64,000 bases of DNA from the human T2T-CHM13v2.0 reference genome, Homo sapiens: the NCBI RefSeq assembly GCF_009914755.1, contig NC_060940.1; one strand, 5' to 3'. Position 1 is the stretch's first letter; each line of letters begins with the position of its first letter. Made by a program: the position numbers and the translations under genes. The notes under the pieces were generated by a model. The model did not search any database. It was not told where the DNA came from and worked only from the letters and a program-made list of their open reading frames with translations. Shown here in pieces: positions 14,977 to 28,288 of this stretch.

Positions 14977-16807
14977 GAGTCTATTTATGTATTATATTCG
15001 TGTCCACTTCATGATTCCATTCAATTCCATTTAATGTTGATTCCATTTGATTCCATTTGATGATTCAGTTCGATTCCTTGCAATGATTCCCTACGATTCC
15101 TTTCTATGATGATTCCATTCGATTCCATTCATTGATGATTTCATTCGACTCCATTCGATGATGATTCCTTACGTTTCCATTTGACGATGTTTCCCTTCGA
15201 GTCCATTCGATGATGATTCTATTCAATTCTGTTCTATTATGATTCCATTCGATTTCATTCAATGCTTCTATTTGATTCCATTCGATGATGATTCCATCTC
15301 TTTCCCTTCGATGATTCCATTTGATTCCATTCAGTGATGATTCCATTTGATTCCATCTGATGATGATTTCACTTGATTCCTTTCAATGATGATTCAATTC
15401 AAGCCCATTCAATGATTCCATTGGAGTCCAAACGATCATTCCGTTCGATTCCATTCAATGGTGATTCCATTCATGTCCATTCGATGAATCCATTCAATTC
15501 CATTCGATGATGACTCCATTCGAGTACATTCGATGATTCCATTTGATTCCATTTGAAGATGATTCCATTCAATTCCATTCGAAGATGATTCCATTCAATT
15601 CCATTCGATGATGATTCCGTATGAATCCATTCTCTGATTATTCCATTCGATTCCATTCATTGACGATTCCATTCAATTCCATTCAATGATGATTCTCTTC
15701 TATTCCATTCGATGATTCCGGTCGATTCCATTCGATGATGATTCCATTAGATTCCATTCGATTGTTGCATTCGATTCCCTTCGATGATGATTCCTTTGAA
15801 TTCCATTCGATTATCATTCCGTATGAATCCATTTGATGATTATTCCATTGGATTCCTTTCGATGATGATTCCATTCGATTCCATTTGATGATGTTTCTCT
15901 TGTATTCCATTGGATAATTCCTTTCAGTTCCCTTCGATGATTATTCTTTCGAGTCAATTCGATGATTCTATTCCATTCCCTTCGATGATGATTCCATTTC
16001 ACTCCATTTGATGATTCCATTCGACTCAATTTGGTGATGATTCAATTCGATGACATTCGATGACTCCATTCAATTTCATTTGATGATGATTACATTCGAG
16101 TCCATTTGATGATTGTATTCCTTTCCTTTTGATGATTATTCCATTCGTGTCTATTCAAAGATTCCATTCTATTCCATTCAATGATGATTGCATTTGATTC
16201 CATTCAATGATTATGGCTATCGATTCCACTCGTTGATTCCATTTGATTCCGTTCGATGATTATTCCGTTAGATTCCATTAGAAGATTCCATTCGATTTTA
16301 TTCAATGATTCCAATGGATTCCATTCAATGATGATTCCATTCGACTCCATTCAGTGATTCCATTCGAGTCCATTTGATGATTCCATTCTTTTCCATTTGA
16401 TGATGATTCCATTAGGGTCCATTCAATGATTCCATTCGAGTCCATTCGTTAATGCCTTTCGAGTCCTTTTGATCACTACATTCGAGTCCATTCAATGATT
16501 CTATTCGATTCCATTCCATGATGATTCCATTCGAGTTCATTCGATGATTGCATTCGAGTCCATTTGATGATTCCATATGATTCCCTTCGACAATGATTCC
16601 ATTCGTGTCCATTTGATGATTCCATTCATTTCCTATCGATGAAGATTCCATTCAAGTGTATTCGATGATTCCATTCAAATCCATTCGATGATGATTCCAT
16701 TCCAGTCCATTCGATCATTCCACTTGATTCCATTTGATGACTATTGCATTCAAATCCATTTGATGATTCCATTCGATTCCATTCGATGTTACCATTCGAG
16801 TATATAC
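14977..16807 (+). repeat. C-specific ~1.83-kb HSat2 segment (copy 1)
   Basis: Departs from B after GATGATTCCATTC and carries TCTATTTATGTATTATATTCG, TTCCTTGCAATGATTCCCTACG and TTATGGCTATCG, which I did not see in A or B. It rejoins at GATGATTCCACTCGATTCC. Confidence 0.85.
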
Positions 16808-19800
16808 GATGATTCCACTCGATTCCATTTGATGATTATTCCATTGGAGTCCACTTAGTGAATCCTTTAGATTCTACTGGAAGATGATTCCATTCGAGTC
16901 CATTCGATGATACCATTCAATTCCATTCGTTGATGCTTCCATTCAAGTGCATTCGATGATATCATTCGATTCCATTTGATGATAATTCCATTTGATTCCA
17001 TGCGATGATTCTATTCGATTCCATTCAATGATAATTCCATTCAATTCAGTGATTCCTCTGGACTCCATTTGATGATGATTCCATTCAATGATTCCATTCG
17101 ATTCTATTCGAAAATGATTCCATTTGAATCCATTTGATGATGATTCCATTGGATTCCATTTGATGATTCCATTCGATTCCATTCGATGATGATTCCATTC
17201 GATTCCATTTGATGATTCCATTCTATTGCATTCGATCATGATTCCATTCGATTCCATTCGATGATGATTGGATTCGATTCCATTTGATTCCATTCGATAA
17301 TGATTTCGATCAATTCCATTCGATGATTCCATTCGATTCCATTCGATAATGATTACATCCGAGTCCATTCGATGATTCCATTTGAGCCCGTTCGATAATT
17401 CCATTTGAGTCCAATCAATGATTCCATTCATTTCCATTCAATGATTCCATTCGAGTCCATTTGATCATTCCGGTAGGGTCCGTTCGATGTTGATTCCATT
17501 GGAGTGCATTCGATGATTCCATTCGAGTCCATTTTAGGATTTGATTCGAGTCCTTTCGATGATTCCATTCGATTCCACTCGATGATTTCATTCGAGTCCA
17601 TTCGACACTTCCAATCGATTCCATTTGATGTTTCCATTCGATTCCAATTGATGATTCCATTCAATTCCATTCGATGATGATTCCGTACGATTCCATTCTG
17701 TGATGATTCCATGTGATTGCATTCAATGATGATTCCTTTCGATTGCATTCGATTATGATTCATTTCGTGTTCATTCTATGGTTCCACAGGTTTCCATTCG
17801 ATGATGTTTCCATTCGTGTCCATTCCATTATTCCATTCTATTCCATTTGAAGATGATTCCATTCGATTCCATTCATTGGTGATTCCACTCAATTCCATTC
17901 AATGATTCCATTCCATTTCTTTCAACAATGATTCCATTAGTTTCTATTCGATGATCCACTTGATTCCATTTGACGATGATTCCATTCGTGTCCATTCGAT
18001 GATTCCATTTGATTCCATATGATGATGATTCCATTCGATTCCACACGATGATGATTCCATTCGAGTCCATTCAATGGTGATTCCATTCAATTCCATTCGA
18101 TGATTCCTTTCGATTCCATTCAATGATGATGGCATTCGATTCCTTTCGATCATTCCCTTTGATTCCATTCAAAGGTGATTTCATTCAAGTCCATTCGATA
18201 ATTGCATTCGAAACCATTCTATGATGATTCCATTCGAGTCCATTTGATGATTCCATTCAATTCAAGTCAATGATGATTCCATTCGATTCCACTCGATGAT
18301 TCCATTGGATTCCATTCGATGATGATTCCATTCAAATCCATTCGATAATTCAATTCAAGTCCATTCGATGATGATTCCAATCGAATCCATTCAAAGATTC
18401 CACTCAATTCCATTCGATGATGATTCCCTTAGATTCCATTCGATGATTCCACTTGATTCCATTTACGATGATTCCATTCGATTCCATGTGATGATTCCAT
18501 TCAATTCTATTCAATGATGTTTCCACTTGATTCCATTCGAACATGATTGCCTTTGATTCCATTCAATGATTCCATACGGTTCCATTTGATGATGATTCCA
18601 TTCGAGTGCATTAGATGATTCCATTCGAGTCCATTCGATGATTCCATTCGATTCCATTCGATGTTGATTCTGTTCAAATCCATTCGATGATTCCACTCGA
18701 TTCCATTCGATGACTCCATTTGATCCCATTCGATGATTTCCTTTGATTCCCTTTGATGATCATTCCATTTGATTCAATTCGGTGATTTCATTTGATTCCA
18801 TTCAGTGATGTTTCCATTCAACTCCTTTCGATGATGATTCCATTCGACTCCATTCGATTATGATTTCATTCAATTCCATTCGATAATGATTCCCTTCAAG
18901 TCCATTCGATGATTCCATTCGATTCCATTCAACGATGATTTGATTCGTGTCCATTCGATGATTCCATTTGATTCCATTTGATGATGATTCCATTCGAGTC
19001 CCTTTGATGATTCCATTCAATTCCATTCTCCGATGATTTCTTTTGAGCCCATTCAATGCTTCCACTCGATTCCATATGATGATGAATCCATTTGATGAAA
19101 TTCCATGATGATTCCATTCGCTTGCATTCGATGATGATTCCACTTGAGTCCGTTAGAAGATTCTATTCAATTACATTCCATGACGATTCTGTTCGAGTCC
19201 ATTTGATGATTCCATTAGACTCCATTCGACGATGATTCCATTCGATGTTATTCGATGATGATTCCATTCAACTCCATTCGATGTTTCCATTCGAGTTCAT
19301 TCTATTATTCCATTAGATTCCATTCGATGATGATTCCATTCGATTCCATTTGATGATTGCATTCTATTTCATTTGATGATGATTCCATTCGAGTCCATTC
19401 GATGATTCCATTCGAGTCCATTTAATGAATCCATTGGTTTCAATTCTATGATGATTACATTGGATTCCATACGTGGATGATTTCATTCGATTCCATTCAA
19501 TGATGATTCCATTCAATTCCATTCAATGATTCCATTCAATTCCATACGATGATGATTCCATTTGATTTGATTCGACAGTGAGCCATTCGATTCAATTCCA
19601 TGATGATTCTATTTTATTCAATTGGTTGACATTTCCATTCGATTCCATTCGATGATGATTCCATTTGATTCCATTCAAAGATGATTCCATTCTAGCCCAT
19701 TCAATCATTCCATTCGATTCTATTCAATGATGATTCCATTCATGTCGATTTGGTGATTCCATTTGACTTCATTTGATGATGATTCCTTTCAAGTTCATTA

Positions 19801-22800
19801 GATGATTCCATTCGATTCCATTTGATGATGATCCCATTCGAGTCCATTCAGTGATTCCACTCGTTTCCATTCCATGATGATTCCATTCCTTTCCATTCAA
19901 TGATTCCATTCGATTCCGTTTGATGATGATTTCATTCGAGTCCATTTGATGATTCCATTTGATTCCATTCGATGATGATTACATTCGAGTCCATACGATG
20001 ATTCCACTCAATTCCATATGATGATGATTCCATTCGATTCCATTCGATGATTCCATTCTATTCTATTCAATGGTGATTCCATTCGAGTACATTAGATGAT
20101 TCCATTCGATTCCATTCAATGATGATTCTATTTGTGTCCCTTAGATGGTTCCACATGATTCCATTTCATGATGATACTATTTGAGCCCATCCAATGATTC
20201 CCTTCGATTCCATTCGATGAGGATTCCATTCGATTCAATTCATTGGTGATTCTATTCAATTCAATTCTTTGATTCCATTCCATTCCATTCGACAATGATT
20301 CCATTCGATTTCTTTCGATGATTCCACTCGATTCCACTTGACATTGATTCCATTCGATTCCATTCAATGATTCCGTTTGATTCCAGTGGATGATGATTGC
20401 CATCGATTCCATTCGATCACTCCATTCTATTCCATTTGATGATGATTACATTCGATTCCATTTGATGATTCCATCTGATTCTATTCGAGGATTCCATTTG
20501 ATTCCATTCGATGATGATTCCATTCGAGTGCATTCGATGATTTCATTCGAGTACATCCAATGATTCCATTCGAGTCCATTTGATGATTCCATTTGATTCC
20601 ATTTGATTATGATTCTACTAGAGTCCATTCAATGACTCCATTCGAATCCATTCAACAATTCCATTCGAGGCCATTCGATGATTCCATTTCATGATTCCAT
20701 TCGAGTCCATTTAATCATTACAGTCGAGGCCATTTGGTGATTCCACTGGATTTCTTTTGATAATGATACCATTCAATTACATTTGATGATGATCCCATCC
20801 AATTTCATTTGATGGTGATTCCATTAGAGTCCATTCGATGATTTCATTCGAGTCCCTTCATTGATTCCATCCGATTTCATTTGATGATGACTCCATTCGA
20901 GTCCATTCGATGATTCCACTCGATTCCATTAGATGATTCCATTGGAGTCCATTTGATTGTTCCATTCGATTCTATTCGATTCCTTTCGAAGATTATTCCG
21001 TTTGAGTCCATTCGATGATGATTCCATTCCATTCCATTCGATGATTCCGTTTGATTCCATTCGATGATTCCCTTCGATTCCTTTCTTTGATGATTCCATT
21101 CCATTCCATTCAATGATTCCATTCGAATCTATTCCATGATGATTCCTTTCGATTCCATTCGCTGATGTTTCCGTTCAATTCCATTCGATGATGATTCCAT
21201 TCGATTCCATTCATTGAGGATTCCATTGGATTCCATTCAATGATGATTCCATTCTATTCCATTCAATGATTGCATTCAATTCCATTCAATGATTATCCCC
21301 TGAGAGTAAACTCAACGATTCCATTCAATACCATTCGATGATGATTCCTTTTGAGTCCATTCAATGATTTCATTCAAGTCCATTTGATGATTCCTTTCAA
21401 TTCCATTCTATGATGATTCCATTCGAGTCCATTCGATGATTCCATTCGATTGCATTCGATGATTCCATTATATTCCAGTCAACGATGATTCCATTCGAGT
21501 CCATTCGATGATTCCATTAGAGTACATTTAATGATTGCTTTGTTTTCAATTCGAAGATGATTACATTGGATTCCATTCTATGATACCATTCGATTCCATT
21601 CAATGATGATTCCACTCAAATCCATTGGATGATTCCATTCGTGTCCATTCGGTGATTTCATTAGATTCCATTCGAGGATGATTCCATTCGATTCCATTCG
21701 ATGATTCCATTCAATTCCATTCGATGATGATTCCATTCCAGTCCATATGATCATTCCATTTGATTTCATTCGATGATGATTCCATTCGATTCCATTCGAT
21801 GATTCCATTCTATTCCATTCGATGATGATTCCATTCGAGTCCATTCGATGATTCCATTCGAGTCCATTTAATGATTCCATTGGGTTCAATTCAATGATGA
21901 TTACATTGGATTCCGTTCTATGATTCCATTCAATTCCGTTCATTGACAATTTGATTCCATTCGATGATGATTCCATTTGAGTTCATTCGATGATTCTATT
22001 CGATTCTCTTCGATGGTGATTCAATTCTATTATATTGGATGATTCCATTCGATTCCATTTGATGTTGATTCAATTCGATTCTATTCGATGATGATTCCAT
22101 TGGATTTCACTTGATGATTCTATTCGATTCCATTCAATGATGATTCACTTCTCGTCCATTGGATGATTCCATTTCATTCCATTCGATGATGATTCCATTC
22201 GATTCCATTCGATGATTCCATTTGATTCCATGCGTCGGTGAGCAATTCGATTCAATTCCATGATGATTCTATTTGATTCAATTAGATGATGTTTCCATTC
22301 GAATCCATTCCATGATTATTCCATTGGAATCCATTTGGCGATGATTCCATATGAGTCAATTCAATGATGATTCCATATGGGTCCGTTCGATGATAATTCC
22401 ATTTGATTTCATTCGATGCTTCTATTCTATTCCAGTCGATGATGATTCCGTTGGAGTCCATACGATGATTCCATTTGATTTCATTTGATGATGATTCCAT
22501 TCGATGATGATTACATTGGATTCCATTCTATGATTCCATTCAATTCCATTCGTTGATGATTCGATTCCATTCAATGATGATTCCATTTGAGTTCATTCGA
22601 TGATTCTATTCGATTCCGTTCGATGGTGATTCAATTCTATTATATTGGATGATTCCACTCGATTCCATTTGATGATTATTCCATTGGAGTCCACTTAGTG
22701 AATCCTTTAGATTCTACTCGAAGATGATTCCATTCGAGTCCATTCGATGATACAATTCAATTCCATTCGTTGATGCTTCCATTCAAGTGCATTCGATGAT

Positions 22801-25800
22801 ATCATTCGATTCCATTTGATGATAATTCCATTTGATTCCATGCGATGATTCTATTCGATTCCATTCAATGATAATTCCATTCAATTCAGTGATTCCTCTG
22901 GACTCCATTTGATGATGATTCCATTCAATGATTCCATTCGATTCTATTCCAAAATGATTCCATTTGAATCCATTTGATGATGATTCCATTAGATTCCATT
23001 TGATGATTCCATTCGATTCCATTTGACGATGATTCCATTCGATTCCATTTGATGATTCCATTCTATTCTATTCGATGATGATTCCATTCGATTCCATTCG
23101 ATGATGATTGGATTCGATTCCATTTGATGATTTCATTTGATTCCATTCGTTAATGATTTCGATCAATTCCATTCGATGATTCCATTCGATTCCATTCGAT
23201 AATGATTACATCCGAGTCCATTCGGTGATTCCATTTGAGCCTGTTCGATAATTCCATTTGAGTCCAACCAATGATTCCATTCATTTCCATTCAATGATTC
23301 CATTCGAGTCCATTTGATCATTCCGGTAGGGTCCGTTCGATGTTGATTCCATTGGAGTGCATTCGATGATTCCATTCGAGTCCATTTTATGATTTGATTC
23401 GAGTCCTTTCGATGATTCCATTCGATTCCACTCGATGATGATTTCATTCGAGTCCATTCGACACTTCCAATCGATTCCACTTGATGTTTCCATTCGAGTC
23501 CAATTGATGATTCCATTCAATTCCATTTGATGATGATTCCGTACGATTCCATTCTGTGATGATTCCATGTGATTGCATTCAATGATGATTCCTTTCGATT
23601 GCATTCGATTATGATTCATTTCGTGTTCATTCTATGGTTCCACAGGTTTCCTTTCGTGTCCATTCCATTATTCCATTCTATTCCATTTGATGATGATTCC
23701 ATTCGATTCCATTCATTGGTGATTCCACTCAATTCCATTCAATGATTCCATTCCATTTCTTTCAACAATGATTCCATTAGTTTCTAATCGATGATCCACT
23801 TGATTCCATTTGATGACGATTCCATTCTCGTCCATTCGATGATTCCATTTGATTCCATATGATGATGATTCCATTCGATTCCATACGATGATGATTCCAT
23901 TCGAGTCCATTCAATGGTGATTCCATTCAATTCCATTCGATGATTCCTTTTGATTCCATTCGATGATGATGGCATTCGATTCCTTTCAATCATTCCCTTT
24001 GATTCCATTCAAAGGTGATTTCATTCAAGTCCATTCGATAATTGCATTCGATTCCATTCTATGATGATTCCATTCGAGTCCATTTGATGATTCCATTCAA
24101 TTCAAGTCAATGATGATTCCATTCGATTCCACTCGATGATTCCATTGGATTCCATTCGATGATGATTCCATTCAAATCCATTCGATAATTCAATTCAAGT
24201 CCATTCGATGATGATTAAAATCGAATCCATTCAAAGATTCCATTCAGTTCCATTCGATGATTCCCTTAGATTCCATTCGATGATTCCACTTGATTGCATT
24301 TACGATGATTCCATTCGATTCCATGTGATGATTCCATTCAATTCTATTCAATGCTGTTTCCATTTGATTCCATTCGACCATGATTGCCTTTGATTCCATT
24401 CAATGACTCCATTCGGTTCCTTTTGATGATGATTCCGTTCGATTCCATTTCATTATTCCATTTGATTCCATTGGATGAGTCCATTCGATTACATTCGATG
24501 ATTATTCCATTCGAGTGCATTAGATGATTCCATTCGAGTCCATTCGATGATTCCATTCGATTCCATTCGATGTTGATTCTGTTCAAATCCATTCGATGAT
24601 TCCACTCGATTCCATTCGATGACTCCAGTTGATCCCATTCGATGATTTCCTTTGATTCCCTTTGATGATCATTCCATTTGATTCAATTCGGTGATTTCAT
24701 TTGATTCCATTCAGTGATGTTTCCATTCGACTCCATTCGATGATGATTCCATTCGACTCCATTCGATTATGATTTCATTCAATTCCATTCGATAATGATT
24801 CCCTTCGAGTCCATTCGATGATTCCATTCGATTCCATTCAACGATGATTTGATTCGTGTCCATTCGATGATTCCATTTGATTCCACTTGATGATGATTCC
24901 ATTCGAGTCCATTTGATGATTCCATTCAATTCCATTCTCCGATGATTTCTTTTGAGCCCATTCAATGCTTCCACTCGATTCCATATGATGATGACTCCAT
25001 TCGATGAAATTCGATGATGATTCCATTCGCTTGCATTCGATGATGATTCCACTTGAGTCCATTAGAAGATTCTATTCAATTACATTCCATGACGATTCCG
25101 TTCGAGTCCATTTGATGATTCCATTAGACTCCATTCGACGATGATTCCATTCGATGTTATTCGATGATTCCATTCGATCTCATTCGATGATGATTCCATT
25201 CAACTCCATTCGATGTTTCCATTCGAGTTCATTCTATTATTCCATTAGATTCCATTCGATGATGATTCCATTCGATTCCATTTGATGATTGCATTCTATT
25301 TCATTTGATGATGATTCCATTCGAGTCCACTCGATGATTCCATTCGAGTCCATTTAATGAATCCATTGGTTTCAATTCTATGATGATTACATTGGATTCC
25401 ATTCGTTGATGATTTCATTCGGTTCCATTCAATGATGATTCCATTCAATTCCTTTCAATGTTTCCATTCAATTCCATACGATGATGATTCCATTTGATTT
25501 GATTCGACAGTGAGCCATTCGATTCAATTCCATGATGATTCTATTTGATTCAATTGGTTGACATTTCCATTCGATTCCATTCGATGATGATTCCCTTTGA
25601 TTCCATTCAAAGATGATTCCATTCTAGCCCATTCAATCATTCCATTCGATTCTATTCAATGATGATTCCATTCATGTCGATTTGGTGATTCCATTTGACT
25701 TCATTTGATGATGATTCCTTTCAAGTTCATTAGATGATTCCATTCGATTCCATTTGATGATGATCCCATTCGAGTCCATTCAGTGATTCCACTCGTTTCC

Positions 25801-28190
25801 ATTCCATGATGATTCCATTCCATTCCATTTAATGATTCCATTCGATTCCGTTTGATGATGATTTCATTCGAGTCCATTTGATGATTCCATTTGATTCCAT
25901 TCGATGATGATTCCATTCGAGTCCATTCGATGATTCTATTCGAATCCATTTGATGATTTCTTTTGATTATAGTTGGTGATGATTCCATTGGAGTCCATTC
26001 AATGATTCCATTCTATTCCAATCGATGGTGATTCCATTAGAGTCCATTTAATGATTCCATTTGATTCCAGTCTCTGATGATTACATTCGAGTCCATACGA
26101 TGATTCCACTCAATTCCATATGATGATGATTCCATTCGATTCCATTCGATGATTCCATTCTATTCTATTCAATGGTGATTCCATTCGAGTACATTAGATG
26201 ATTCCATTCGATTCCATTCAATGATGATTCTATTTGTGTCCCTTAGATGATTCCACATGATTCCATTAGATGATGATACTATTTGAGCCCATCCAATGAT
26301 TCCCTTCGATTCCATTCGATGAGGATTCCATTCGATTCAATTCATTGGTGATTCTATTCAATTCAATTCTTTGATTCCATTCCATTCCATTCGACAATGA
26401 TTCCATTCGATTTCTTTCGATGATTCCACTCGATTCCCCTTGACATTGATTCCCTTCGATTCCATTCAATGATTCCATTTGATTCCAGTGGATGATGATT
26501 GCCGTCGATTCCATTCGATCACTCCATTCTGTTCCATTTGATAATGATTACATTCGATTCCATTTGATGATTCCATCTGATTCTATTCGAGGATTCCATT
26601 TGATTCCATTCGATGATGATTCCATTCGAGTCCATTCGATGGTTTCATTCGAGTACATCCAATGATTCCATTCGAGTCCATTTGATGATTCCATTTGATT
26701 CCATTTCATAATGATTCTACTAGAGTCCATTCAATGACTCCATTGGAGTCCATTCAACACTTCCATTCGACTCCATTTGATGATTCCATTCGATTCCATT
26801 TGATGATTCCATTCGAGTCCATTTAATCATTACAGTCGAGTCCATTTGGTGATTCCACTGGATTTCTTTAGATAATGATACCATTCAATTACATTTGATG
26901 ATGATCCCATTCAATTTCATTTGATGATGATTCCATTAGAGTCCATTCGATGATTTCATTCGAGTCCCTTCATTGATTCCATCCGATTTCATTGGATGAT
27001 GACTCCATTCGAGTCCATTCGATGATTCCACTCGATTCCATTAGATGACTCCATTGGAGTCCATTTGATTGTTCCATTCGATTCCATTCGATTCCTTTCG
27101 AAGATTATTCCATTTGAGTCCATTCGATGATGATTCCATTCCATTCCATTCGATGATTCCGTTTGATTCCATTCGATGAATCCCTTCGATTCCTTTCTTT
27201 GATGATTCCATTCCATTCCATTCAATGATTCCATTCGAATCTATTCCATGATGATTCCTTTCGATTCCATTCGCTGATGTTTCCTTTCAATTCCATTCGA
27301 TGATGATTCCATTCGATTCCATTCATTGAGGATTCCATTTGATTCCATTCAATGATGTTTCCGTTCTATTCCATTCAATGATTGCATTCAATTCCATTCA
27401 ATGATTATCCCCTTAGAGTAAACTCAACGATTCCATTCAATACCATTCGATGATGATTCCTTTTGAGTCCATTCAATGATTTCATTCAAGTCCATTTGAT
27501 GATTCCTTTCAATTCCATTCTATGATGATTCCATTCGAGTCCATTCCATGATTCCATTCGATTGCATTCGATGATTCCATTATATTCCAGTCAACGATGA
27601 TTCCATTCGAGTCCATTCGATGATTCCATTAGAGTACATTTAATGATTGCTTTGTTTTCAATTCGAAGATGATTACATTCGATTCCATTCTATGATACCA
27701 TTCGATTCCATTCAATGATGATTCCACTCAAATCCATTGGATGATTCCATTCGTGTCCATTCGGTGATTTCATTAGATTCCATTCGAGGATGATTCCATT
27801 CGATTCCATTCGATGATTCCATTCAATTCCATTCGATGATGATTCCATTCCAGTCCATATGATCATTCCATTTGATTTCATTCGATGATGATTCCATTCG
27901 ATTCCATTCGATGATTCCATTCTATTCCATTCGATGATGATTCCATTCGAGTCCATTCGATGATTCCATTCGAGTCCATTTAATGATTCCATTGGGTTCA
28001 ATTCAATGATGATTACATTGGATTCCGTTCTATGATTCCATTCAATTCCGTTCATTGACAATTTGATTCCATTCGATGATGATTCCATTTGAGTTCATTC
28101 GATGATTCTATTCGATTCTCTTCGATGGTGATTCAATTCTATTATATTGGATGATTCCATTCGATTCCATTTGATGTTGATTCAATTCGA

Positions 28191-28288
28191 TTCTATTCGA
28201 TGATGATTCCATTGGATTTCACTTGATGATTCTATTCGATTCTATTCGATGATGATTCCATTAGATTTCACTTGATGATTCTATTCGA
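28191..28288 (+). repeat. Local 49-bp tandem duplication
   Basis: TTCTATTCGATGATGATTCCATT(G/A)GATTTCACTTGATGATTCTATTCGA occurs twice with one mismatch; it is single in the other monomers. Confidence 0.9.

Larger units (their letters stand above)
713..16807 (+). repeat. 16,095-bp super-repeat copy 1: A1 713-6565, B1 6566-12677, C1 12678-16807
   Basis: Marker ORF ending ...MESNDIIECT at 848, 6701, 12813, 16943 gives spacings of 5853, 6112 and 4130. The phase is set arbitrarily at the end of the C-specific segment. Confidence 0.9.
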
